A stretch of 63,246 bases of DNA, filler included, from Octopus bimaculoides (lineage: Eukaryota), in NCBI RefSeq assembly GCF_001194135.2. It is 5 parts of 5 records of this genome, joined end to end, with 100 filler letters (N's around TTAATTAATTAA, not from the genome) between each part and the next. Parts side by side here need not be neighbours in the genome. Positions count along the whole stretch, not along the records: positions 28,724 to 42,271 come from NC_068992.1; positions 42,372 to 57,123 come from NC_068991.1; 3 more parts are not named here. One strand, written 5' to 3'. Numbering within the stretch: the stretch's first letter is position 1; the number at the start of each line of letters is the position of its first letter. The translations under genes and the position numbers were made by a program. Positions 36,739-49,689 of the stretch are shown here, piece by piece. The notes beneath the pieces were generated by a model. That model was not told the origin of the DNA. It searched no databases and was given only the letters and a program-made list of their open reading frames with translations.

Positions 36739-39389
36739 TTGCCGTTAATAATAAAATTAAGTCTTTCTGCTATAGGCACAAGGTGAGAGATTTATGGACA
36801 GGATGCTACTCGATTACATCAACCATGGTGCTCAACAGGCGCTAAATTTATTGACTCCAAAAAGATTAAAGGCTAAGTCGACCTGGGCAGAATTTAAATT
36901 TGGACGCAAAGACGGACGAAACGCCAGTATCAATTTTGTCTGAAATGCTAACAATTCGGTGTAATTTGAACACAGAACGTATAGACAGATCAAATGCCTC
37001 GAAGTATTTTGCCCCGCATGCTAAGGATTCTGTCATATAAATAATAATCTTTGGCAAATTCCTTGCACTTTCCGTTGGTGGTAATCATATATAACACAAT
37101 TTGATACTTTTTCGGAATCTTCAGCATGTTTCAAACCAGGACTTACTGATTACATGTATCAAGAATAGAGACATTTTATTGAAAGTAAAGATGAATGTAA
37201 TTACAATCTAGAGGAAATGCATACAATGTTTTTTTTTTCTTCGTAGCACGGCAGTAGTTTAGGGATCGAGAGAAAAAGGAAAAGTTCTCAGTATTTATGT
37301 ATATATTAATAGCCGTCTGGAAGGGAATACTACCTCGTAAAAATATTTTACTTTCAAACGATTTCACAAGCATTTTACAGTATATCGAAGGCGTAGGCAT
37401 TTCTTCTGGCTGTTATCTTTTATATACACTCCTTCCCGGGGTTGCATAATATTTCTATTGTATACATTCGCGACTGATGCTTTATCCACCGATTAGATTT
37501 CTAGTCCGATGGAGCGGTACGAAAGCTCCAGCCTTATTTTCGATTTATAAACTAATCGTTTCGATAACGTTTCATCCTTGACTACATTTATAAAAGTCTT
37601 TCTGCCTAGCTGATTGACCTACTGGTACTAGGACAACATATTTTCATCTGTTATGCTAGTATTTTAAAGTGGCGGAAAAAATAATGAAAAACATAGTCCT
37701 AGGTGCACGTAAAATTATGAGATGACCATCATGCTTAAAATGATCATGGTTTACATGGCACTAGAAAAGGCAACAGTTTTGACATTTTCATATCTCTCTT
37801 AAAGTTATAATCTGTTCACTCAAGATTAGCCGTGACGCAAATTACGTAATTTATCATTAATTTAATGAAGTTTCTCTTCGTTATGTATCTAATTAATAAG
37901 ACACAGGTTAAATTACATTAATGATTTCTAAAAAGAGTGAAATACTGCTATTCATGATTACTAGCAACTAGAAATTCTAATAAATTTGTCTTAGATAAAA
38001 AAAGAAAAAGTAAAAATTCTGAAATTCATGTGTTTGTATTTATTTTTTCCTTGCATACATTAATTTCAAATTCAAATCCCGCCTTGTGCTGTAATGGCAT
38101 TATTATCTCCCTTGCATTAACGACCAAAGCTAAAATAACGACATTTGTGTGAAATAACGTATTGTTCTTCTTTTAATCGGATGTCTGTCTAAAATTGCGA
38201 TGTTGATTTATAGTTTGTAAACTTTCATGATCTATATTACAAATGTCCTTAAATTTGTCACTTGACAGATTTGTGAAATCCACTCAAAATCTGACAGGCA
38301 TATGAATCTAGTTGAGAAGATTTGAGCGCTTGTTTACAACTTCCAATGTAATTTGCTAACATTACACAAACCAAGCGTATATATAAGATATTGTTTGTTC
38401 CCATGCTAAATAAGAAATGAAAAATTCAAAATATTTTCAGACACTTGAAGATCATTGGCGTAGTCGTCACTCTGTCTTGGACAAAATGTAAGTTCATATA
38501 CGGCTGAGCAACATGATGAAATCCAAATTCAAGGAGGTGAATGCGTTTTAAAAAGAATGAGAAAGAATTTACAATGAATTTTATGAAAGCAAGGTAAGAA
38601 TTAAGGGTTTCGATATTTCTACCTATTTAAGTAGAGACATTGTGACTGATAGTGAAGTAGTTGGAGGAGTCTTCTCACTATTCTTACTTGATATGCTATA
38701 GATGTAGTTTAGGTTTATTTGGATGTTAAAGAAAGGAACTTTTATTAACGTAAATTCTCCACCTTCACGAAATTGCAATTTTCCATAACCATGTATGTTC
38801 TCATCACATCTTGTCAATAAACAAAATATTGTCATAACAGTAAATACATTTTTCACTTGTATAAATAGTTCGAGAAATTCCCATATAATTTACAAGAATA
38901 CACATTTTCGAGGAGGCAATAGAAGTTGTAACCGAATTAAGTAATTGATTATTTCTTCATTTATTAATCCCAGAGAACTAAAATGAATAAAACAGTACGA
39001 CTATATTGTCTCGCGTTCTAATAATACTATCGTTCGTACAATGCCCACATTTTAAATGTTAAACGGTGTCAACTGTACGTCATATTCTGTGACTAAGAAA
39101 CAGTAAAATTTAGCAACATAGTTATAGCAATTTTGTTTTTGTCATATTTAACGGTGAGATGTGTTGCGTACCTTGGGTTTTTTTTGACACAAGTTACATA
39201 CAGAGAGATGCACACATACACACTGCACGGATATATTTATATGAACACAGACGCATACACAAATACGCACACACACGCACAAAAACATACACACGTGCAC
39301 AAACACACGCACACAGGTATATTTGTATATCTATCTATCTATCTATCTCTCTCTCTCTCTGTATATACATATATATATATACATATATT

Positions 39390-39433
<44 letters not shown>

Positions 39434-40081
39434 NNNNNNNNNNNNNNNNNNNNNNNNNNNNNNNNNNNNNNNNNNNNNNNNNNNNNNNNNNNNNNNNNNN
39501 NNNNNNNNNNNNNNNNNNNNNNNNNNNNNNNNNNNNNNNNNNNNNNNNNNNNNNNNNNNNNNNNNNNNNNNNNNNNNNNNNNNNNNNNNNNNNNNNNNNN
39601 NNNNNNNNNNNNNNNNNNNNNNNNNNNNNNNNNNNNNNNNNNNNNNNNNNNNNNNNNNNNNNNNNNNNNNNNNNNNNNNNNNNNNNNNNNNNNNNNNNNN
39701 NNNNNNNNNNNNNNNNNNNNNNNNNNNNNNNNNNNNNNNNNNNNNNNNNNNNNNNNNNNNNNNNNNNNNNNNNNNNNNNNNNNNNNNNNNNNNNNNNNNN
39801 NNNNNNNNNNNNNNNNNNNNNNNNNNNNNNNNNNNNNNNNNNNNNNNNNNNNNNNNNNNNNNNNNNNNNNNNNNNNNNNNNNNNNNNNNNNNNNNNNNNN
39901 NNNNNNNNNNNNNNNNNNNNNNNNNNNNNNNNNNNNNNNNNNNNNNNNNNNNNNNNNNNNNNNNNNNNNNNNNNNNNNNNNNNNNNNNNNNNNNNNNNNN
40001 NNNNNNNNNNNNNNNNNNNNNNNNNNNNNNNNNNNNNNNNNNNNNNNNNNNNNNNNNNNNNNNNNNNNNNNNNNNNNNNNN

Positions 40082-40136
<55 letters not shown>

Positions 40137-40799
40137 CATGTATGTATGGATATGTAATCGCATATGTGTGTGTGTGTATATATAGGCACACACATATATT
40201 CACATATATGCTCACATACATACTTGCGCACACACGATCACACTCATATGCACACGCTCGCACAGGCGCACACTTAAACACACATATATAAGTATGTATG
40301 TATGTATGTATGTATGTATGTATGTATGCATGTATGTATGTATTCATATTGCTAAGTCTGTGGTTAATGTTTGCGTTGCATTCATTCCGTTATTTTTTTT
40401 TACGTTGTCTTTTATTTTTTGGGTCTTTTGCCTATATAATACTTCGATGAAAAATTACCGTAATGTCAGACTTTTGGCTCCGTATTTTCTCCGGAAAGCA
40501 GATTATCTGTTAAAAGAGATTACCGATTGACGCAAAAGAACGTCTTGCCAGTATGCATTATAAAAATATAAATTAAATTACACCTTCTACAATTGACAGC
40601 TGTACTTTTATATCGCTAGTCTGACAAATAATTAAATAAGCGCAAACTCGTTTCCTTAAAACGGTTTTTATGTTTTTATCTGTCGGTTCTCTTTGTAGGA
40701 AACCTTACACACACACACGCACACAGTCACACACGCACACACATACACACCCACCTATACACACACTGACTCTCAAATATACAGGCACGTATATACGTA

Positions 40800-40837
<38 letters not shown>

Positions 40838-41278
40838 NNNNNNNNNNNNNNNNNNNNNNNNNNNNNNNNNNNNNNNNNNNNNNNNNNNNNNNNNNNNNNN
40901 NNNNNNNNNNNNNNNNNNNNNNNNNNNNNNNNNNNNNNNNNNNNNNNNNNNNNNNNNNNNNNNNNNNNNNNNNNNNNNNNNNNNNNNNNNNNNNNNNNNN
41001 NNNNNNNNNNNNNNNNNNNNNNNNNNNNNNNNNNNNNNNNNNNNNNNNNNNNNNNNNNNNNNNNNNNNNNNNNNNNNNNNNNNNNNNNNNNNNNNNNNNN
41101 NNNNNNNNNNNNNNNNNNNNNNNNNNNNNNNNNNNNNNNNNNNNNNNNNNNNNNNNNNNNNNNNNNNNNNNNNNNNNNNNNNNNNNNNNNNNNNNNNNNN
41201 NNNNNNNNNNNNNNNNNNNNNNNNNNNNNNNNNNNNNNNNNNNNNNNNNNNNNNNNNNNNNNNNNNNNNNNNNNNNNN

Positions 41279-41318
<40 letters not shown>

Positions 41319-42375
41319 CACATACCACATACATACATATATGTTTCTTTACAACACTGTGCAAGCAATTTTCCTCCTCTCGTCTCAGCTTTCAAAGTTT
41401 TGGCTAGATATTGAATCGTTATTGATAATGCTGTATAAGTGGTAATCATTATAGTATTCAATAAAATTACCTACAAAATAATATATATGGAGAAAAGATA
41501 CCTTCTTTGACAGTCGTTATGTATTTTTAACAGAATTAGTGTTCTGTTGTTTCTTTCAATTCCCTCCACCTACAACGTTTAAATTATTTAATGGAGAAAT
41601 GAAAAGCAGAACGCAAAAAAATATACTAAATATGAAATTTCAGAAAAATGAACTAATGTAAGATCTATGAATAAATGCAAACATTCATATTTGAATCTAT
41701 TAATATATATTAAATCTGTTTCTATTGGAATGACTAACTTTTACAGATTGTGAAATATTTAGCAAATATCCAAACCAAAACGTTCTCTGACATGCGGACA
41801 TCTAGGAAATTCTATTGGTGGATCACATATAACTTGGTCACTCAAGTTAATCTATCTCGTTTATCTCGTAGCTTTATCTGTATATCTATAGACATAAATA
41901 AATTGTTGATGAATTGTGGCAGGTCGCAACTTCAGAATTCCACGATGTATTTTTTTCATTTTATTGTAGTTGGGGAGTTGGGGGTGGGTGTAAACTTGAG
42001 CTTTTTGGAGAGTACGTTGATTTGGTTTGCTGTTAGTTATTTGTGAGTTAGATTGATAATTTTTATCGCTTTTGGTTCCTCGTGTGTGTTTGGTGTTATC
42101 TCGTGTCTCTGTTTGCGTATTGGATCTAAAAATGATTGAGGTGATTGAGACGATAGGTGTTATGTAGTATGTTATTGACCCTTGTTATTGCAGGGTGTCC
42201 CGTTGTGATTTATGGTGCAGGTTCTTGGAACGGTAATGAAACATAATTTCATTATATATATATATATATATNNNNNNNNNNNNNNNNNNNNNNNNNNNNN
42301 NNNNNNNNNNNNNNNTTAATTAATTAANNNNNNNNNNNNNNNNNNNNNNNNNNNNNNNNNNNNNNNNNNNNTGTG

Positions 42376-42410
<35 letters not shown>

Positions 42411-42599
42411 CATTTTTCATACGCGTATGTATATATGTTCTTTTCTGTTTATAATCGTTTAAATTTTTGCTGTGAAGAAGGACCTGGCTTCTAACAAAGA
42501 TAGGAAACTCCATCGTTTGAATGTAGAGGACAATACCAATGTCACATTTTAAAATTTAGAAAAGACTTGCATATTTTTACTGCTCTAGGTTATATTTGT

Positions 42600-43350
42600 A
42601 ATGTGCGAGTTGGTTGATTTGTTTTTCTGAAAAAAAAAACAGCTTATCCATTAACTCACAAAACCAAGTGTATCAATTATTATTGGTATAAATAATCGGA
42701 ATATAGAAGCTGAAGGTTTCGGAGTAGTTCTCCACAGTTATCCTCTTTCTCTTTAATTTTCAAAAGAGACATTCACATCAGCAGGACAGCTGACTGTTAT
42801 AGCAGTACATACATTTTCTTCTCTATCCCAAACAACAATATCCGGCTTGTTATATTTACACTTGACAGATGTTTTGATGAGAATGTTCCACCAGTACTTT
42901 TTGTGTTGATCTTTGTGTACGTATTCAGTAACAGTGGGATTCTCTATATTTATTCCAGGGCAGTCTTTTTTTATTGGATAGCATTTTATATTGTTTTTGT
43001 GACAACACCATGTCGCATGGAGAGGTGGTTCCTTGATATTTTGGGGCAGCTGCTAATCACATGTATGATATCTTCCACAGAAGTATGACATAACTTACAT
43101 TTTCGGTTGCACCTCCGAGCTTCAAGTGCTTCACTGTCTCTATTGTTTATTATGTATCTTTTAGCAATCTCCAATTCTTGGACTGTAAATGCATAACCTT
43201 CGAAGTATGATGTGATGTAGCGGTCACGAGTCAAAGAAAGGCTTCACTTCGTGTCGATATTACTATTTTCTCCAAGTCTTCGGGAAACATACCCATGAAT
43301 AATCTTTTTCTTTTTCGGTATACTGAGCATTTCACATCCAGGTCTTCTTT
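42600..43350 (-). mobile_element. R4/Dong/NeSL-type LINE 3' portion, distinct family
   Basis: IHGY..DRYITSYFEGYAFTVQELEI..CKLCHTSVEDIIHVISSCPK..MRHGVV, then KYNKPDIVVWDREENVCTAITVSCPADVNVSLKIKEKEDNCGELLRNLQLLY. Confidence 0.85.
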
Positions 43351-45074
43351 GAGATATGTTAATCCGTATGCTTTGGGGTTGTATGGGAGGTATATATATA
43401 TATGTATGGGTGTGTATGCATGCTTGCATGAATGTATGTATGAATGCATTCATATTTGTATGTATTGATGTAAATGGTGGAACAGTTAGAGGTACGGTGG
43501 TAGTTGTTGATATTAATGCCAATGAGGCGAATATTGTTGTTGTAACTAGTATTGTTCTAGTCGGTAGTATTTAATGCTATTAGTGATGTTCCTGCTACCG
43601 CTATTACTACCGATGAATACGACAAAACGTTTTAGGAATCCAAGCGAGAATAGGGGCAAGAATGAGTCTCCCCTTCCAACATTAGACCCTACTTCACTTC
43701 ACAGCACACCAGCATGTTACACATACTATCATATAACAGAAATTATATCACCATCATATCACATATAAACACGTTAGACATAAATGTATGATCATAATAT
43801 CACATACTAACATATCACCATTGTGTCACATATAAATATATTCCGATCATATCACATACTAATATATCATATATACATAATATGTCCCCATGTATCACAC
43901 GCTAACATATCACCATTATATTACACACAACCATATCACATATAAACACATCACACATAAATATATCCACACCATATCACACGCTCACATATCACATATA
44001 GACATATCACCATCATATCACGCACCGACATCTGACTCATTTGAGTTGTTTTGCTTTATATTTATATATTTACAATCCTCTTCCATCTGACTGAGAAAGC
44101 AATTAAAACTAAACCAAAACAAAAACAACCAACACTCAACAAATACACACAAAAAAACAACGCACAAACATAACAAATCATAAACAGACAAACCAAAAAT
44201 AACCAACAAAAAATCACCAACAGGAACTACTTTCTAAATAACATCGGTCTGACGCTTCGATTGTCACCGCCCTAACACGTCACAGATCGCTGCATCTTCA
44301 TTGGTTATTGATACAGTCGATAATATACGACTGTTTGCATGTAGCGGGAAAATAATTTGTCTTTAGAGTAAATATTCCTTGGCAACACCCTCTCCGCCGT
44401 GTTGTTGTTGTTGTAGTAGTAGTAGTTGTTGTTGCCGCTGCTGTTGTTGTTGATCTTGTTGTTGTTGTTCTTGTTTTTGTTCTTGTTGTTGATGTTTGTT
44501 TCCATGTCGCATCCGATCGAGCACACACATGATCGACTGCGTTCCAGTCGTGACTACCACCGTTACATTTTCAGCCATAGTGTATTATTAATTATCCAAT
44601 ATGCATATTTCCGTTCTATTAAAAATTCTAGCTGTAATTTGAGGTAGATCTGATAGCTATTTTCAGCAGATCGAACAATCCCGTAGACACCCCACCTCGT
44701 TGACTTGTTGTCATTTAGCTCTAGTTCTGCTCTCACAGACGTTCAAAACTTGACAATCAAGTCTCACAACAGAAGTCCGCTAAAATAAATGAAATGCATG
44801 TGTTACTAACGTATATCGCCTAAACGGAGGTGTTCTTCGATAGCGAAAAGCAACAACGATCAGCATATTTATGTTCGAATAAACCAGATCATATTGAGAA
44901 TAGATAGAATGTCTTTCATGAATTATTACCAGTTTAGAAGAGATCAAAATGCATCAGCAAATAATTTGTTTACTGTTTTTTGTACACATGAGCCAGTACT
45001 CTCGTTATTTTCATTGATCTAGGCTTAGGGGAGACACACACAACAAGGTCATATATATATATATATATATATAC

Positions 45075-45106
<32 letters not shown>

Positions 45107-46628
45107 NNNNNNNNNNNNNNNNNNNNNNNNNNNNNNNNNNNNNNNNNNNNNNNNNNNNNNNNNNNNNNNNNNNNNNNNNNNNNNNNNNNNNNNNNNNNNN
45201 NNNNNNNNNNNNNNNNNNNNNNNNNNNNNNNNNNNNNNNNNNNNNNNNNNNNNNNNNNNNNNNNNNNNNNNNNNNNNNNNNNNNNNNNNNNNNTGCGTGT
45301 GTGTGTGTACATTAGTTAAAGATAATGTAGTGAGTGACTGGAATTGTGAAATGCCGGATTTAATATCTTGCAATCCTACAGTATAAGTTTCGGTCCTTTT
45401 CTGATCTGATTTCAAATCCGGAATCTACTCATTTTAATACTTATTGATAAAATAAGTTGCAATAATGTAGTCCTCAGCCCAACATGTCTGATCTTAAGAA
45501 AAAAGTTAGAACCTTAAATTTTAAATTAAAGAAGGTAATAACTTTAGAGAACTAATATAGAGTGACATCTCCGTATACGAATATAATCGGTTCCTGGAGT
45601 TTTGATCGTTGACTCAAATACATGAGTAATTCAAATATATATAAATAGGGATAATCCCTTCCAAGCCACACCAAACTCTGCATAATCACATGAAATTACG
45701 TTTTATTTGTCCATCTATCTAACACGAATACATACATATATACATATATACATATATGTATATTACACTGTGTAACATGAGTTTTGTACTTGGGTAGCAA
45801 TTGTTATTTCTTAGAAAGTATGAAAAATGGCTTATATTTCCTTCAAACTTTGCTTTTGTTACATTTATTAAAATCCCAAATAATCCCTCTCAACACATGG
45901 CTTATGACGCTCCCCCACCACATCTGCTTGTCACCAGAGATGCACATATTGTCAGCCACTAAGGGACATGCTCAAGTGGTTAGGTCAAGCAGCTGACCAG
46001 CAAATCTGTGGTATTGAGCAGAATATTTGCTAAAACGATATTTCTGCTTCAGCAACTCCGTCTGAAATGTAATGGAAAATGTTAGTTTCAAAACATTGAT
46101 GTCCAGGTCACAAAAGCAAAGTTTGAAAGGAACAGTAGTCATTTCTTTTGATTTCTAGATAGAAGCAAATAGGAAATAACACTCACTGACCAATGACAAA
46201 AAAAGTCAAAATTTTGTTACACAGTGTTATCAATGTCACTTATTTAATGTATGCGTGCTTTTAAAATCTTTTAGGCATTAAAGACGGAGAGTGTTTTAAA
46301 AACACAGTACACTTCAAAGTCAGGCAAAAACGAACCGCCCGGAAGGTAAAGGAGAACGACAGATATCGATAGTACTCGGTTATTTCTGTTCATCGGTGCT
46401 GTATACTCGATTCATTCTCGACGCAAATTCGAACCACTGGCCTGACGTATATGCAGACAGCCTAAAATCTATCTGCTGATGTGCAACTGTAACGCACAAG
46501 TAAAACAAAATTCAGAATCTGCGTTAGAAGCAGCTCTATAATGTAATTATCAATGCCACATATTTAATGTATGTCTGTTATTAAACGCTTTTAAACTGCA
46601 GTGTTTCGTTCGAGAAAGGTCCCTTTAA

Positions 46629-46761
46629 AGGCGTAGAGAGTTAAAAACACAGTATATTTCAAACTCAGGCAAAATATCGATATCTGTCGTTCTCGTTCAC
46701 TTCCAGGGAGATTCGTTTCGCTTGTATTTGAAATATATTGTGTTTTTAACACTCTATATCT
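46629..46761. mobile_element. Kolobok-like MITE, 133 bp
   Basis: TTAA flanks at 46625-28 and 46762-65, AG...CT termini, and about 35-bp TIRs (TAGAGwGTTAAAAACACArTATATTTCAAA). Inverted partial copy at 46282-46371. Confidence 0.65.
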
Positions 46762-46798
46762 TTAAAAGGACGAAATGCCGCAACCTAAAAACGTTCAA

Positions 46799-47543
46799 GG
46801 ATCATTTCTGTTTGGTTGCCAGCGGCTGTCAGTGTCAATTTCCTGTTCGAATTGATTTCATATTCAGTGTAGTGATACACTTTTTTAGTCTAATTAATGA
46901 CGTGAAAGTAATTTTCGCTATAAATCAATAAATAAAGAGTTATTGATAATTAAAATTTGAACATTTTGGCAATTTTAGCCAGTCGTAAGCCACAAACATA
47001 TTCATGTCTGTTTCGATAGCAACAAGCGAAAATACGAGAACTCTTTTGCCTGTTGCCATAGTAACAGTCTAAGAAAAGTCTGCGAGGAAGCACAGCATTG
47101 AGGTGGTTGTGAAGTGTGCTTGAAATAACAGCTAAATAACATTTTTTGGATAAATCTTTTAAATTAAAGTTTATTTGCCAACATCTCGCTCAGAGATTTA
47201 AAACTGCTTTTCTCTTTTAAATTAGCATAAACATTTTTTACGTGAATGAAAATTACTGGAGACATAACACGTGTTGTTTACAAATATTGACAACACGTGC
47301 CATTTTCAGGATGTTGACGACAAAATGTGCAGTCACGCACAAAATGACAGCTTCCAAATCCTGTTTCCTGACTGGGTGAAAATGATCAAACTTTAAACCT
47401 ATATAACATTTTAAAACATTTTTCTGGAAAAAATGAAATAACTCCAGTAATTCGGTTTGGGCAAGTGTATTCTTGTGCCAAATTTTAAAATTTTCGGTAA
47501 ACTTTAATTTTTGGAGCCGCTGGCAACCAAGCAGAAAATATCC
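46799..47543. mobile_element. Putative non-autonomous DNA transposon bounded by about 29-bp inverted repeats
   Basis: GGATCATTTCTGTTTGGTTGCCAGCGGCT at 46799-46827 vs the reverse complement of 47515-47543, GGATATTTTCTGCTTGGTTGCCAGCGGCT. No clear TSD. Confidence 0.5.
47010..47065. promoter_or_regulatory. Two RFX X-box-like motifs
   Basis: GTTTCGATAGCAAC (47010-47023) and GTTGCCATAGTAAC (47052-47065); the second matches GTNRCC(N0-3)RGYAAC exactly. Confidence 0.4.
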
Positions 47544-47789
47544 ATGTTCAAACAACACGCATACAATGTGCGATATTGATGTGTACATTATAAAGCTATT
47601 TCTGAAACAACGTTTGAATTTTGTATGTGCGCGCGCGTGTGTGTGCGTGCGTGCGTGCGTGTGTGTGTACGTTTTCCCCTTTGTCTTGCTTCTGTCGACC
47701 CATGAAAATGTGAGAAATATTATTTTCTTGAAAATTTTCAAGCTATATGAAATGCACAGAGAGAATACCTGATGACATTCTAGATGTCA

Positions 47790-47935
47790 AGAGCCTAACT
47801 TTGGTCTTTTCTTGATTCAAGATTGCAGAACTGTCAAATGTCTGAGCTGTAGAAAAGCGTGTCTTACAAACGGAGACTGCCACCGACTCCCCAGTCAGGA
47901 AAATCTGCAAGTGGCGTTGCCGTTTATACTCTCTC
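47790..47935 (-). mobile_element. Tx1-clade ORF2 short fragment
   Basis: Reverse-complement homologue of about 51000-51110 (QDC..V..SCRKAC.TN reads from opposite strands at the two sites). Confidence 0.7.
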
Positions 47936-49689
47936 CCAACTACTTATATGCCTGCATAGTTACTCATGTTGCTCAAATTTCAGCAAGTTGGGTGAATATG
48001 ATTTTCTTCAGAAAAACTATTCACTATACAATTTGTTCATTTAGCCCACCATTCGTATGTGCTTTTCCATCATTTGCATGCATAAGTAATCTGCTCGTGG
48101 TTTGTTGTTTAAATTTCAGTTCATTGTACGAATTTAATTTTCTTCAAAAAACGTTCATTATTCAATTTGTTTGTTTAGAGAACCGTTCGGGTATGTGTAC
48201 CTTGCTGTATTTGTTTTTCAGTATTGCAAAAATCGACATTAATTTTAACTTTGAGAAGTTCAATAAAATACTATTTATACTTTTGTATCAATTCAATGAA
48301 TGTATCACAGTTTTGCATAATGAATGTGCTAATTCAAAATATATCCATATTTTAGTTACGAGAAAATATTTTTCTAAATAATATAAATAATTTGTGCAAA
48401 CATTGTACAATAATGTTCGTTTTCATTGTTTATTGGCACTTTCGAGTTTTTATATTTTTACTTCACATTTACATATGTCTGTGCGTGTGTGTGTGTGAAT
48501 GAGCGCGCACATGTGTGTGTGTGTGTGTGCAAAGAGAGAAGGATATGTATATGAAGGCGTGTGCGCATACATATGCGCATACATATATGTATGTATGTAT
48601 GTATGCATGTATGTATGTATGTATGTATGTAAGTAACCGTTCGTGCAAATTACCCACACAGTCACATGCACTTACATAGATGCAATGAATTGCCTTTGTT
48701 TAATGATGGCTATCGTCTTCTAAACACTGTTATTTCTGAAGGTTGACTGTTCTGCTGACGGCATCAACACAATATGGCGATGGGGCTGATTCGAAAAATC
48801 TAGAAAAGAAAATATGCATAGAATACAGAGGTACACAAAATTTTTTTTTTTTTTATTGACTGGCACAAAGTCAGTTTATATACCATTGTTGTTCCAGATG
48901 TTGATGTTGTTACTGCCGTTATTTTCTTCGAAACACATATGAATGTCTCAAAGTTGGCAAATAAACAGAATACATCAAATTGGTTCCTGTGTTTATTTTA
49001 CGTATCTATTGTTTTTTTGTCTGTTTAAATCCATAAACATCAGTAAAATATAATTCCACAATTATCTAATATATGCCAGAAATATATATAAAAACAGTTT
49101 AGAAACAGAAAGATATCATAATTTGGACTTGTTTGTGCTACATTGCTGCAAATCAAACCAATGAAACAATTTATGAGATCGTTAGACTGCTAGAAATAGA
49201 AGATTCTTGTCTCTCAAATTGTTACCGTAGTGGAAGAAGGGCAGCAGCCATGAATCTTCTCAATGCCACTGAAACTGCGGAAATCTAGCCTGAATATTTG
49301 TAACAGAGTGAACTATGCTAAATGCCTCCAAGAGTCATGTGATGGTGCTAAATAGGACGATGGATTACGTTTAATTAAGTTTACCAGCCCAAAATAAAGC
49401 TAAATAATAAAGTTCCAAAATGAAGAAGTGGTTAACTCGATCAGTGTTGACTAAGGCTCATATAATTCCAACACTCTTGCTGTCAATCTTCTGTCCTGCC
49501 TGTATATAACATTTGACAACGATTAATGACAACCGTTTAAACAAGTGGTTTTCAACCATTTTTTTTTCCTGTGGACCTCTATTATTCCTATTTTACTTAG
49601 ATGGACCCCCAGAGACATTCAATGTTTAGAAAGTCCTGTTACATTCTTATAATTAAATATTATTAGGACTTGTATTTAGAAAAATATTG

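Larger units (their letters stand above)
30491..36965 (-). mobile_element. Cluster of SINE family B copies (30491-30660, 32655-32800, 33505-33625, 33655-33780, 33815-33890, 35345-35545, 35580-35770, 36770-36965)
   Basis: Recurrent GGCACAAGGCCAGCAATTT..TCGATTACATCGAC..CTGGTACTTA..GAATTTGAACTCAGAAC..GCTAAGCATTTT..GATTCTGCCArCTCGCCGCC. Confidence 0.8.

Noticed and set aside
38438-38856. Short exon-like segments on both strands (TLEDHWRSRHSVLDK; CDENIHGYGKLQFRE), and similar ones at 22166-22259, 29096-29146 and about 30340-30400
   Set aside because: Weak splice sites or incompatible phases; this many are expected by chance in AT-rich DNA.
44363-44578. Poly-Q ORF MAENVTVV..QQQ
   Set aside because: All three frames are open across a trinucleotide repeat, with no splice or homology support.
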